DNA of 39,958 nucleotides, taken from positions 1-39,958 of the IMG/VR virus record IMGVR_UViG_3300017778_001652, one strand, 5' to 3'. Under the pieces are notes generated by a model. It saw only the letters and a list, made by a program, of their open reading frames with translations, was not told the DNA's origin and did not search any database. This DNA comes from a virus (Duplodnaviria; Caudoviricetes). Positions 1 through 6,675 of this stretch are shown here, in pieces. The translations under genes were made by a program, and so were the position numbers. Numbering within the stretch: the first letter of the stretch is position 1; each line of letters opens with the position of its first letter.

Positions 1-1395
1 CGTTTGCGGCACCCAGACCAACCCAGACTGCACAATATCTGTTACTGCGTTCAACCGCGCTAGTTTATCCCCGGAACCACGGTGTGGTGTGTATTCTTGT
101 ACGGGCAACCCCATACGGCGCATCTCTTGATACAGCGCGGCACCGTTTGATTTCTTCTCAACGATGAACGAGTCAGGCTCCCAGTACTTATATTCTTCAA
201 GTGCCAGCCGCTTTAACTCCGGGAACTCCACCCGCTTCTTTATCGAGTTAAGCAAGATGATGTTGTGGCAGTCAGCCTCGTCGTTAAACCACACGCCCCA
301 AGTTGTCAGCGCGGTGTAGTCGGCTCGGTTATGCGACTCCGCAGCGGCATCCAGCGACATAATGATGTATTCGCACTTAGGTGGGTCTTCCGCAGACCAC
401 TGCTGCCACCACTCGCGCTTCACTATCGAGGCTTCTTCTGATGTGGGGTTCTGCTGGTACTGCGCGTTCCACTGGAACAGCGGCATGGACGCTTTTGTTC
501 GCTTCAGTGCAGTCAGGTCGTAGAACTCGGGCCACAAGGCTTTCTCGGTGATGAGTTCTGTTTCCTTGTCTTTTATTTCCAGTATCGCTGGGAACTCAAC
601 AATCTCGTACTGGTCCCCGCCCTCGTTCTTCTGCATATCAGAGATGACACGCCCCGTCAGGTCGTTAAGGTGCCAGCGGGTTTGAATGATCGCAACCCTG
701 CCTCCCGGCATCAGTCGAGTACGCGCACCGTAGGTGAACCACTCGTAGGCTTTATCGAACACCTCGAAGTTACCGTTGATGATGTCTTGCTCGTTGTGTG
801 GGTCATCTACCAGCAACAAGTCTGCACCTCGACCAGCCAGAGCAGAACCAACGCCGCAAGCGTAGTATTCACCCCCCACGTTAGTATTCCACCTACCAGC
901 AGATTTACTATCTTGGGCAAGAGTTACTGTTGGGAATACCATCTTATACGCTTCGGTGGCGATTATGTTTCGCACCTTTCTACCGAAGTCAACTGCAAGG
1001 TCTGCAGTATGTGACACCATCAGCACCTTCTTATCCGGGTGTTTGCCAAGAAACCATGCCGGGAAGTAGATAGATACTAATTGACTCTTGCCATGACGGG
1101 GCGGGATATTAACGCAAACCCGGTCTTTGGTACCCTCTGCGATACTCATCAGCATATCTGCAAGGATGCGATGATGCTTACCAACCTTATAATCGGGCTG
1201 AATATGTTTGCAAAACTCGATCAGGTCATCACGGCAGGTTTGTGCAGCGCGACGGTCAGCTAAAGTCTGAGCAACTTGCAGGATTTCTTCTTGTTCTGCT
1301 GCATCGAATTGGTCGATGTTCTCGACAAGCAGGTCAATATCCTCGTCGGATAAATCTAGCGCAAGCAAACCGCTTTCACTGTTCACCTCGCTCAC
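1..1395 (-). CDS. terL: Terminase large subunit (3' end runs off the window)
   Basis: Not in the ORF track; segments translated by hand from GTG at 1395, which overlaps the terS stop as GTGA. Walker A NIPPRHGKS, Walker B GADLLLVDDPH, nuclease-domain SLDAAAE..DYTALTTWG and IVEKKSNG. Confidence 0.95.
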   Translation of the reverse strand, partial: MSEVNSESGLLALDLSDEDIDLLVENIDQFDAAEQEEILQVAQTLADRRAAQTCRDDLIEFCKHIQPDYKVGKHHRILADMLMSIAEGTKDRVCVNIPPRHGKSQLVSIYFPAWFLGKHPDKKVLMVSHTADLAVDFGRKVRNIIATEAYKMVFPTVTLAQDSKSAGRWNTNVGGEYYACGVGSALAGRGADLLLVDDPHNEQDIINGNFEVFDKAYEWFTYGARTRLMPGGRVAIIQTRWHLNDLTGRVISDMQKNEGGDQYEIVEFPAILEIKDKETELITEKALWPEFYDLTALKRTKASMPLFQWNAQYQQNPTSEEASIVKREWWQQWSAEDPPKCEYIIMSLDAAAESHNRADYTALTTWGVWFNDEADCHNIILLNSIKKRVEFPELKRLALEEYKYWEPDSFIVEKKSNGAALYQEMRRMGLPVQEYTPHRGSGDKLARLNAVTDIVQSGLVWVPQT

Positions 1396-2093
1396 ACATC
1401 ACCGCCATTTACGAGGGCTTTGTGCAAATCAACGAACGGGCTGTACGAAGTTGTCGAGTCGTAGCCAATTTCGGTGTCAAGATCGTCTACTAAGGAGATT
1501 TCGGGTGGAAGAATCTCTGTATCTGCATCAATCTCCACTGCATCTGCGATTTCCTGCACAGGTTGGGCCTTGGACCGCAAAGAATCCAGCTTTTCACGCA
1601 ATGATTTACGCAAATCATCAGTAGAACGGTGAGTAACCGTCACTTCCGAGCGTTCTGTAAACAAACCAACGTCAGAAATCTTACCCAAAAGCTCCAAAGC
1701 ACGGATACGCACCTTGGCATCGGGATTTCCGGCCTCTAAAAGCAACTTATTAGTGACGAAATTACGGATTTGAACCGCGTTTTTTACAACGGCATGGCTA
1801 AATTCGCGTAGCGAGTCGTCAATTTGCAGGATTACTGCAGGGCGTAACTGGGAAAAAGCAGTGGTAGTGAGTGCTTGATTGGTTTTGTCTTCATCTTTAG
1901 CAAAAGATGTCACCAAATCATCGATGATTACCTCGTCATCGAACTCTGGAGCGAGTGCTTCTGCATCCAACCCGTTATCTGCAAGCTCGTGAATCGTCTT
2001 GCAAGCAGCAGCCACACGTTCTTGGAGTAACGCATGGGGCATATCTTCCAGTGGCATAGGCACACCGAGATCAGGTAGGCAGGTTATTTCCAT
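1392..2093 (-). CDS. terS: Probable terminase small subunit
   Basis: 233-aa ORF immediately upstream of and translationally coupled to terL. The RIRALELLGK motif is typical of phage TerS proteins. Confidence 0.75.
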   Translation of the reverse strand: MEITCLPDLGVPMPLEDMPHALLQERVAAACKTIHELADNGLDAEALAPEFDDEVIIDDLVTSFAKDEDKTNQALTTTAFSQLRPAVILQIDDSLREFSHAVVKNAVQIRNFVTNKLLLEAGNPDAKVRIRALELLGKISDVGLFTERSEVTVTHRSTDDLRKSLREKLDSLRSKAQPVQEIADAVEIDADTEILPPEISLVDDLDTEIGYDSTTSYSPFVDLHKALVNGGDV

Positions 2094-2126
2094 TGACAGT
2101 AATCGCAGCCGTAAGGCGGTACGCCA

Positions 2127-2155
2127 AATGTAATGTATGCAAAATAAAAATGCAA
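2127..2155 (-). promoter_or_regulatory. sigma70-like promoter for the terS/terL (leftward) operon
   Basis: Minus strand TTGCAT (2155-2150), 17-nt spacer, TACATT (2132-2127), about 35 nt upstream of the terS ATG. Confidence 0.55.
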
Positions 2156-2333
2156 TGGGGTTAAATAAAAGTGACGGGGGGTGTTCCTATATTGGAGGGG
2201 GTGGGGTACGTGTTGCGGGAAAACAACAAGGGAGGGGGGGGATTTAAAAAAGAGGTAGTCGTTTGTTTGTGCTACTAATCTATGCAGCGATGCGGAGTCC
2301 CATTCTGTATAGCGGGGGGCCGGGTGCGGGTGG

Positions 2334-2356
2334 GTTGTCCCGGGATACGGGGGAAA
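2334..2356 (+). repeat. Direct repeat copy A (23 bp; partner at 3268-3290)
   Basis: GTTGTCCCGGGAtACgGGGGAAA versus GTTGTCCCGGGAcACcGGGGAAA, 21/23 identical. Confidence 0.85.
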
Positions 2357-2368
2357 TCATGCTATCTA

Positions 2369-2396
2369 TTGCCAGATCGTGTGATCCTGCTACAGT
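2369..2396 (+). promoter_or_regulatory. sigma70-like promoter with extended -10
   Basis: TTGCCA, 16-nt spacer ending TGc, TACAGT. It is followed by a leader hairpin (ATCGGT..GGATGC-atacc-GCATCC-ACCGAT) and a GGAG RBS. Confidence 0.55.
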
Positions 2397-2450
2397 ACGT
2401 CTATCGGTTCAAGGATGCATACCGCATCCACCGATATCGGAGAATGAAAA

Positions 2451-3092
2451 ATGGCTACTCGCACCAAGAAAACCCCAGTTGCTGATTTCGTTGAAACCCT
2501 CGGAAACGAGATTGACAGCGAGCGTCAGGCGAAGATCGATGAGTTTGCGGCTCGCACCGCCAAGCTGGACATGTCCAGCCTGAAAGAATTCTTCGTGGCG
2601 GGGATGACGAACGAGCGCACCGCGAAACGCTCGTGGCTGTTCCTTGGCGACCAGCTCATCATGCGCGGCTTCACTTCGAAGGACATTTTCAAGCCTTCGA
2701 AGGAACAGCCAGCGACTGAGGAACTGACCGCCATTCGAACCGCGATCATCGACTACGGGTTCCCGAAAGAAATGTCTGACGGCATCAAGCTTCCGGCTCG
2801 TCAGCGTGTCATCTACGGGCCTGAAATGCGTCAAGCGATCATGTATGCGCTCGACAAGGAAATCCCTGACTTCCTCAAAGCGATCAAGAACGCGATGCGC
2901 TCAGTCGAAGAGCGCGGCCCGAACAGCGGCAACAAATCGATGGCGGAACTGCTGGTCGAAACTTGCGAAGAATGGATCAAGAAAATTCGCAAAGCTGACG
3001 ACAAGAAAATCGACTTCGATTGTGTCGATGTGATCGGCGCGCTGAAAGATGTCATCAACGCTGTCGGCATGGAATCGTCCGACGAAGAATAA
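2451..3092 (+). CDS. Hypothetical protein, first rightward gene (213 aa)
   Basis: Long ORF with a GGAG RBS, visibly C/G-ending codon bias, its own promoter and double terminator. No recognisable motif. Confidence 0.85.
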   Translation: MATRTKKTPVADFVETLGNEIDSERQAKIDEFAARTAKLDMSSLKEFFVAGMTNERTAKRSWLFLGDQLIMRGFTSKDIFKPSKEQPATEELTAIRTAIIDYGFPKEMSDGIKLPARQRVIYGPEMRQAIMYALDKEIPDFLKAIKNAMRSVEERGPNSGNKSMAELLVETCEEWIKKIRKADDKKIDFDCVDVIGALKDVINAVGMESSDEE

Positions 3093-3112
3093 AAATCTTC
3101 CCTGCTAGTTTG

Positions 3113-3138
3113 AACCCCGCGCCGGCGGGGTTTTTTTT
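3113..3138 (+). terminator. Intrinsic terminator 1
   Basis: AACCCCGC-gccg-GCGGGGTT followed by a T run. Confidence 0.9.
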
Positions 3139-3164
3139 CGTCTGCGCTTTTCTCGCTCGGCTCG

Positions 3165-3189
3165 GCCCCGCTCCGGCGGGGCTTTTTTT
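3165..3189 (+). terminator. Intrinsic terminator 2 (near-duplicate of terminator 1)
   Basis: GCCCCGC-tccg-GCGGGGC-TTTTTTT. It shares the downstream CGTCTG with terminator 1. Confidence 0.9.
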
Positions 3190-3211
3190 CGTCTGTACTT
3201 TTTCACCTATC

Positions 3212-3363
3212 CAACCCCGAAACCAGTTTCATGCAGCGGTGTGGAGCGTCAGGCAACTCGGTGCAAAGTTGTCCCGGGACACCGGGGAAACTACAGAACA
3301 ACCCCAGTGAAACCAGTGTTCATGCAGCGGTGTGGAGCGTCAGGCGCAGCGCAAAGTTTTCCC
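3212..3363 (+). repeat. Two-copy imperfect direct repeat (~64 bp) with a 27-bp identical core
   Basis: TTCATGCAGCGGTGTGGAGCGTCAGGC at 3228-3254 and 3319-3345. Flanks CAACCCC..GAAACCAGT and GCAAAGTT are shared. Confidence 0.9.
3268..3290 (+). repeat. Direct repeat copy B (partner at 2334-2356)
   Basis: 21/23 identity to 2334-2356. Confidence 0.85.
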
Positions 3364-3387
3364 CCGCGAGCCGGGACAACAATGATG

Positions 3388-3789
3388 AAGATACATAATT
3401 TTTGAGAATGTGTATCTTTTTTCGATTTGCCTCATTTTATAGCGAACTTATGGAACATTCAGAACTTGGTGGTTCCCCTTCTAAATCAAGGACTTACCGA
3501 CGTTGACCCCACACGACGTTGCTGGTTACCACTATCTGCGATTATGACTGATTGTGACAATGTTCGGCGGAAGTTCTGCATTGTTCGGTGATTCAAGAAC
3601 ATTACCTTTTAGCAACGAAACGCAAGCAGGTGGCGCAGGCTGCCATTGTTAACCATGAATTACATGTCATTATTTATCATTACTTATTATTATTTGATAA
3701 TGTTCTATTGTTCGGTACCACCCCCACTTTTATAGAGCAACTTTTTGACTTTTCCCAAAAGATACACCTTCTCAAAAATTATGTATCTT
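3388..3789. repeat. 33-bp inverted repeat pair (3388-3420 and 3757-3789)
   Basis: AAGATACATAATTTTTGAGAATGTGTATCTTTT versus AAAAGATACACCTTCTCAAAAATTATGTATCTT: reverse complements with one mismatch. Each arm is itself a dyad, AAGATACA-N15-TGTATCTT. Confidence 0.9.
3484..3496 (+). promoter_or_regulatory. IHF-binding consensus site 1
   Basis: AATCAAGGACTTA fits WATCAANNNNTTR. An identical copy is at 3855. Confidence 0.6.
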
Positions 3790-3854
3790 TTACCTTTTTT
3801 CGTTTTGGGAAGGTCCACTTTTTGTACTTTACGAACAAACGAACATTGCTTATG

Positions 3855-3867
3855 AATCAAGGACTTA
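3855..3867 (+). promoter_or_regulatory. IHF-binding consensus site 2
   Basis: AATCAAGGACTTA fits WATCAANNNNTTR. Confidence 0.6.
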
Positions 3868-3981
3868 CGTGCCCCAACCACCGAACATTACCCCCCTTTT
3901 TTCGAACACCCTCCAGAACATTACCCCTTCCGAACATTACCTTACAACCAGACGCTATGAGATAGCAAGGAACTGTATTAC

Positions 3982-4010
3982 TTGACTTACGATGTGCTAT
4001 GTGTTATACT
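3982..4010 (+). promoter_or_regulatory. Strong sigma70 early promoter P1
   Basis: TTGACT, 17-nt spacer, TGt-TATACT (extended -10). Positions 4000-4020 are identical over 21 bp to 5549-5569. Confidence 0.85.
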
Positions 4011-4015
4011 ATAGT

Positions 4016-4573
4016 CTGTTGAGTGGTAGATCGAGGTAAGTAGTAAGTAGGTAGAACCGAAGAGCACCGCTCAACGCTCTTTAACAATATGCAGGTTCGA
4101 GTCGAAAGACAGATGTGCACCGTGACAGGGTGCACGAGAACCGGACTCGGTGGGTGTCTGATGACCCACCTGACAAGCATCCAAAGCCCGTGAGAACGGG
4201 GGAACTGTTGGTTTGTTGTTTCGGTACTTACCGCTTGATCGTTGGATTATTTTCCACCGATCTTTAAGACGGCTACCGGATGACTCCCGTAGACGCTGAC
4301 TGGTAACGGTCAGATCAACACCCCCTAGTAGTCCAGAGCGATGGCAACGGGGCGAGCTACTCGCCCTCCTGCGATGTGGGAACAAGCTGAGACTAACCCG
4401 CATAGGCCCGTAAGGAAAGACTTACGGCTACGGTGTTGCTGCGTATGTACAGCAACCGAGATCATTGCGTGACTTCCGCCTTTGTTGGTTTTTTGTTTTT
4501 GTTTAACGGTTGCTCCCGGTTAACGCCGGGGGCTATCTACAGTGCATCAATCCCGGTGCTCTGTAATCTAGCC
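4016..4573 (+). ncRNA. Candidate large structured RNA / long leader (~560 nt), family unrecognised
   Basis: No ORF of 60 aa or more on the plus strand, directly after P1. More than a dozen stems, with GNRA tetraloops GAAA (4104), GAGA (4192) and GTAA (4303), G-U wobbles that work on the plus strand, and enclosing helices. Confidence 0.65.
4075..4087 (+). promoter_or_regulatory. boxA antitermination element (rrn-type)
   Basis: CGCTCTTTAACAA matches the rrn boxA GCTCTTTAACA. It lies immediately 3' of the hairpin 4018-4027/4066-4075 and about 60 nt after the predicted transcription start. Confidence 0.75.
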
Positions 4574-4589
4574 AAACCAAGGAATGAAG

Positions 4590-4784
4590 ATGAAAACTGA
4601 AAACGTAATTGAGAACTTTACTGCTGCGATGCAGCGTATCCGTAAGGATGCCAACTGCGGTGCGATAAGCGACTGGCAAGTTGCCACCGACTCCGAAGGC
4701 TTTCGGCATATCTTTGTCGAAGACCCATTCACCCGCGAGTGGTTCGAGGCATACAACGAAGGAAGGGAGTTGTGCCATGCGTGA
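4590..4784 (+). CDS. Small hypothetical early protein
   Basis: AAGGA RBS fits ATG 4590 better than 4584. First of a chain of overlapping ORFs. Confidence 0.7.
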   Translation: MKTENVIENFTAAMQRIRKDANCGAISDWQVATDSEGFRHIFVEDPFTREWFEAYNEGRELCHA

Positions 4785-4893
4785 AGATGGGGACGATGTT
4801 GAGTTTGTTTTGTCTGCCACAGTATTGTGCGCCGTGTACGTGCTGGCGTTGGCAGTGGTTCTGTTGGATATCTTTTATTGGAGGGCAGGATGA
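4777..4893 (+). CDS. Small membrane protein (38 aa)
   Basis: GGGAG RBS; MREDGDDVEFVLSATVLCAVYVLALAVVLLDIFYWRAG contains one hydrophobic helix; ATGA-coupled to the next gene. Confidence 0.65.
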   Translation: MREDGDDVEFVLSATVLCAVYVLALAVVLLDIFYWRAG

Positions 4894-5147
4894 GCGGTGA
4901 GCAAGATGGTGTGCAAAAGATGCGCCCGTTGTGCATTGTGTGTTCCGACTTCTTTGCGTCTGCACGACGCCGAGCGGGTTACAAAACGTGCCTTGTCTGC
5001 GGTGAGGAGGCCGCAAAGGATGAGAGGAAGAGTTGGACAGTTATAAGCCTTTATAACAAAGGGGCTTATCAGTTTTGCACAACAAGTGCCGCAGCACAGA
5101 CGCTGCGGGAATCAAACCCAAAAGACCCGCGCTGGGTCAACGACTAA
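4890..5147 (+). CDS. C4 zinc-finger protein (DksA/TraR-like finger)
   Basis: CIVC-x15-CLVC with ARRRAG between the Cys pairs; GGAGG RBS; ATGA overlap. Confidence 0.65.
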   Translation: MSGEQDGVQKMRPLCIVCSDFFASARRRAGYKTCLVCGEEAAKDERKSWTVISLYNKGAYQFCTTSAAAQTLRESNPKDPRWVND

Positions 5148-5159
5148 GGAGAACGTGTG

Positions 5160-5324
5160 ATGAAGAAAGTATGGGTAGTGTGGGTGGGTGATAGTGATAT
5201 GTCGTTGTTGATTGGTGTATATGCCAACGCCGCAAGCGCAACCAAGAAGTTGGAGGAAATGCAGGAAGCAAACGAGGGTCGAGGACTCGACCACTACATA
5301 ACTGAAGAAGGAGTGAGGGAATGA
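5160..5324 (+). CDS. Hypothetical protein (54 aa)
   Basis: Manual translation MKKVWVVWVGDSDMSLLIGVYAN...GVRE; AAGGAG RBS; ATGA overlap with the next gene. Confidence 0.75.
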   Translation: MKKVWVVWVGDSDMSLLIGVYANAASATKKLEEMQEANEGRGLDHYITEEGVRE

Positions 5325-5506
5325 ACGACGAGAAGAAGGAAATGAATTTGAAGGAAGCACTGAACTGTGCGTACTGGACGATGAAGCAGGAACTCGATTA
5401 CATACAGGAGGAATTGGACAACCACGACAAGCAGTACTTGAGAATCTCCGAGGCCGACTTGATCGAGGCCATCCGTGTGCTGGACGAACACATGCGGTTG
5501 ATGTGA
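5321..5506 (+). CDS. Hypothetical protein (61 aa)
   Basis: GGAG/GAGG RBS, coupled to the upstream ORF. Confidence 0.75.
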   Translation: MNDEKKEMNLKEALNCAYWTMKQELDYIQEELDNHDKQYLRISEADLIEAIRVLDEHMRLM

Positions 5507-5530
5507 GTGGTGTGATCTAGTGTCAGTTAC

Positions 5531-5559
5531 TTGACATTGGTATCATCTTGTGTTATACT
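5531..5559 (+). promoter_or_regulatory. Strong sigma70 early promoter P2
   Basis: TTGACA, 17-nt spacer, TGt-TATACT; paralogous to P1. Confidence 0.9.
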
Positions 5560-5630
5560 ATAGTCTGTTAGTTGAGAAGCGTTCGCCGTTTGCGAATAGC
5601 AAATATGGCGGACGATGTGTGAGTGAGATC

Positions 5631-5648
5631 GTTATAACTGTTTATAAC
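5631..5648. promoter_or_regulatory. 18-bp palindrome, copy 1
   Basis: GTTATAACTGTTTATAAC, one mismatch from copies 2 and 3. Confidence 0.75.
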
Positions 5649-5659
5649 CAACCTAAAGA

Positions 5660-6583
5660 ATGGATCAGGAAATGAATACTACGAACATTGCAAATTTCAA
5701 CGCTCCGGTGACTGTCACCAACGTGCCAACCCTGAGTTCAAGCGGTGTGCTGGTTGAGTTGTCGATCAGCGTGTGGACTGGGCGCAAGCAAGACAAGACT
5801 GCCACCAAGCAAGTGGCGGATCAGAACGGTGCCAACAAGGCACACATCAACACAACGAAAGCGTTGCTCGGCGACTGCGCCGAGTTGGATGCAGTCAAGA
5901 AGTTCTCAGCGGGTTCGCGTCAGTGGTCCTACGGTGGGACCGAGGGATGGGGCGATCTGGGTCAGCGGTATCTGCCGATGATGCGGTTCCCAAGTTTCCA
6001 CAAAGATATTACCGAGCAACGCACCGAGTTCTATGCTCTGGTCGAGCAGTTCCTGTCCACCTACGAGTTCGCACAAACCAAGGCACAAGCGCAACTCGGT
6101 GCGCTGTACAACCCAGATGAATACCCGAGTGTGGAAAGTCTGCGTGACAAGTTCAAGTTCAACATTGCGTATCCGCCCGTGCCGACTGGTGGCTTTGTGC
6201 AGAACATCCAGAGCGAAGCCGAGCAGTATCTGGCCGACGAGTACAACCGCGTTTATACGGAGCGCATCGAGGGTGTGATGAAGGGGGTGTGGCAGCGTGT
6301 GTACGATGCCATCAAACATATGTCGGACAAGTTGGACTGGGGTGGCGAGGGTTCGGCCAGCGAGAAGAAGCGTATCCATGCAACGACTCTGGACAATCTG
6401 CGGGAGTTGTGCGGCATGTTGCCCGACTTCAATGTCACCAACGACAGCCGACTGTCCACCCTGCATGCCGAGCTTGACCAAGCATTGATCGGGGTAACTA
6501 CCGATGCTCTGCGCGAGGATGATACGTATCGTGCCGAGACTAAGAAGGCGATGGATGCCATCCTGTCTAACATGGCATGGTGA
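5660..6583 (+). CDS. DUF3150-like helical protein (start may be 5672)
   Basis: 307 aa. LVELSISVWTGRK N-terminus and YP..ESLRDKFKF motif resemble DUF3150-type proteins that neighbour AAA/VWA genes (recognised from memory). Confidence 0.6.
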   Translation: MDQEMNTTNIANFNAPVTVTNVPTLSSSGVLVELSISVWTGRKQDKTATKQVADQNGANKAHINTTKALLGDCAELDAVKKFSAGSRQWSYGGTEGWGDLGQRYLPMMRFPSFHKDITEQRTEFYALVEQFLSTYEFAQTKAQAQLGALYNPDEYPSVESLRDKFKFNIAYPPVPTGGFVQNIQSEAEQYLADEYNRVYTERIEGVMKGVWQRVYDAIKHMSDKLDWGGEGSASEKKRIHATTLDNLRELCGMLPDFNVTNDSRLSTLHAELDQALIGVTTDALREDDTYRAETKKAMDAILSNMAW

Positions 6584-6599
6584 TTTGTGTGTGAGTGAG

Positions 6600-6654
6600 C
6601 AAGGCCGAATGGGTCGGCCTTGTTTTGTGTTGTGTTGTTATAAATGTTTATAAC
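6600..6654 (+). promoter_or_regulatory. Hairpin plus 18-bp palindrome, copy 2
   Basis: CAAGGCCGA-atggg-TCGGCCTTG (6600-6622), then GTTATAAATGTTTATAAC (6637-6654). Confidence 0.8.
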
Positions 6655-6675
6655 CGAATGAAAAGGAATTGAATC

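Larger units (their letters stand above)
3453..3938. repeat. Dispersed GAACATT iteron-like repeats
   Basis: GAACATT at 3453, 3597, 3841, 3883, 3916 and 3932; AATGTTC at 3559 and 3699; additional (C)GAACA/TGTTCGG variants. AT-rich core at about 3661-3700. Confidence 0.75.

Noticed and set aside
670-1624. Plus-strand ORFs over terL/terS, and other antisense or alternate-frame ORFs nested in long genes throughout the window
   Set aside because: They are shadow ORFs of well-supported genes on the other strand or frame.
3212-3363. Mini-CRISPR array from the 27-bp repeat pair
   Set aside because: Only two exact copies, the intervening 64 nt partly repeats flanking sequence, and there is no cas operon. 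The Cas4-like gene is a normal phage replication nuclease.
3562-3576. Alphaproteobacterial LexA box GTTC-N7-GTTC
   Set aside because: A single match is expected by chance among the many GAAC/GTTC repeats; other pairs have different spacings and no promoter overlaps it.
3588-3965. 125-aa plus-strand ORF
   Set aside because: It runs through the iteron/AT-rich region, has no clear RBS, and its low-complexity translation simply reflects the DNA repeats.
4091-4110. tRNA suggested by the T-loop-like GGTTCGAGTC
   Set aside because: The T-stem does not close (GCAGG needs CCTGC, but the sequence continues CGAAA), and no cloverleaf or acceptor stem is evident.
4158-4204. Hammerhead ribozyme suggested by CTGATGA
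   Set aside because: CTGATGA sits in a hairpin loop, and no stem II-GAAA-stem III core follows it.
4071-4403. 110-aa minus-strand ORF across the structured RNA
   Set aside because: It is antisense to a strong promoter, has Arg/Ser-rich non-protein-like composition and no recognisable motif.
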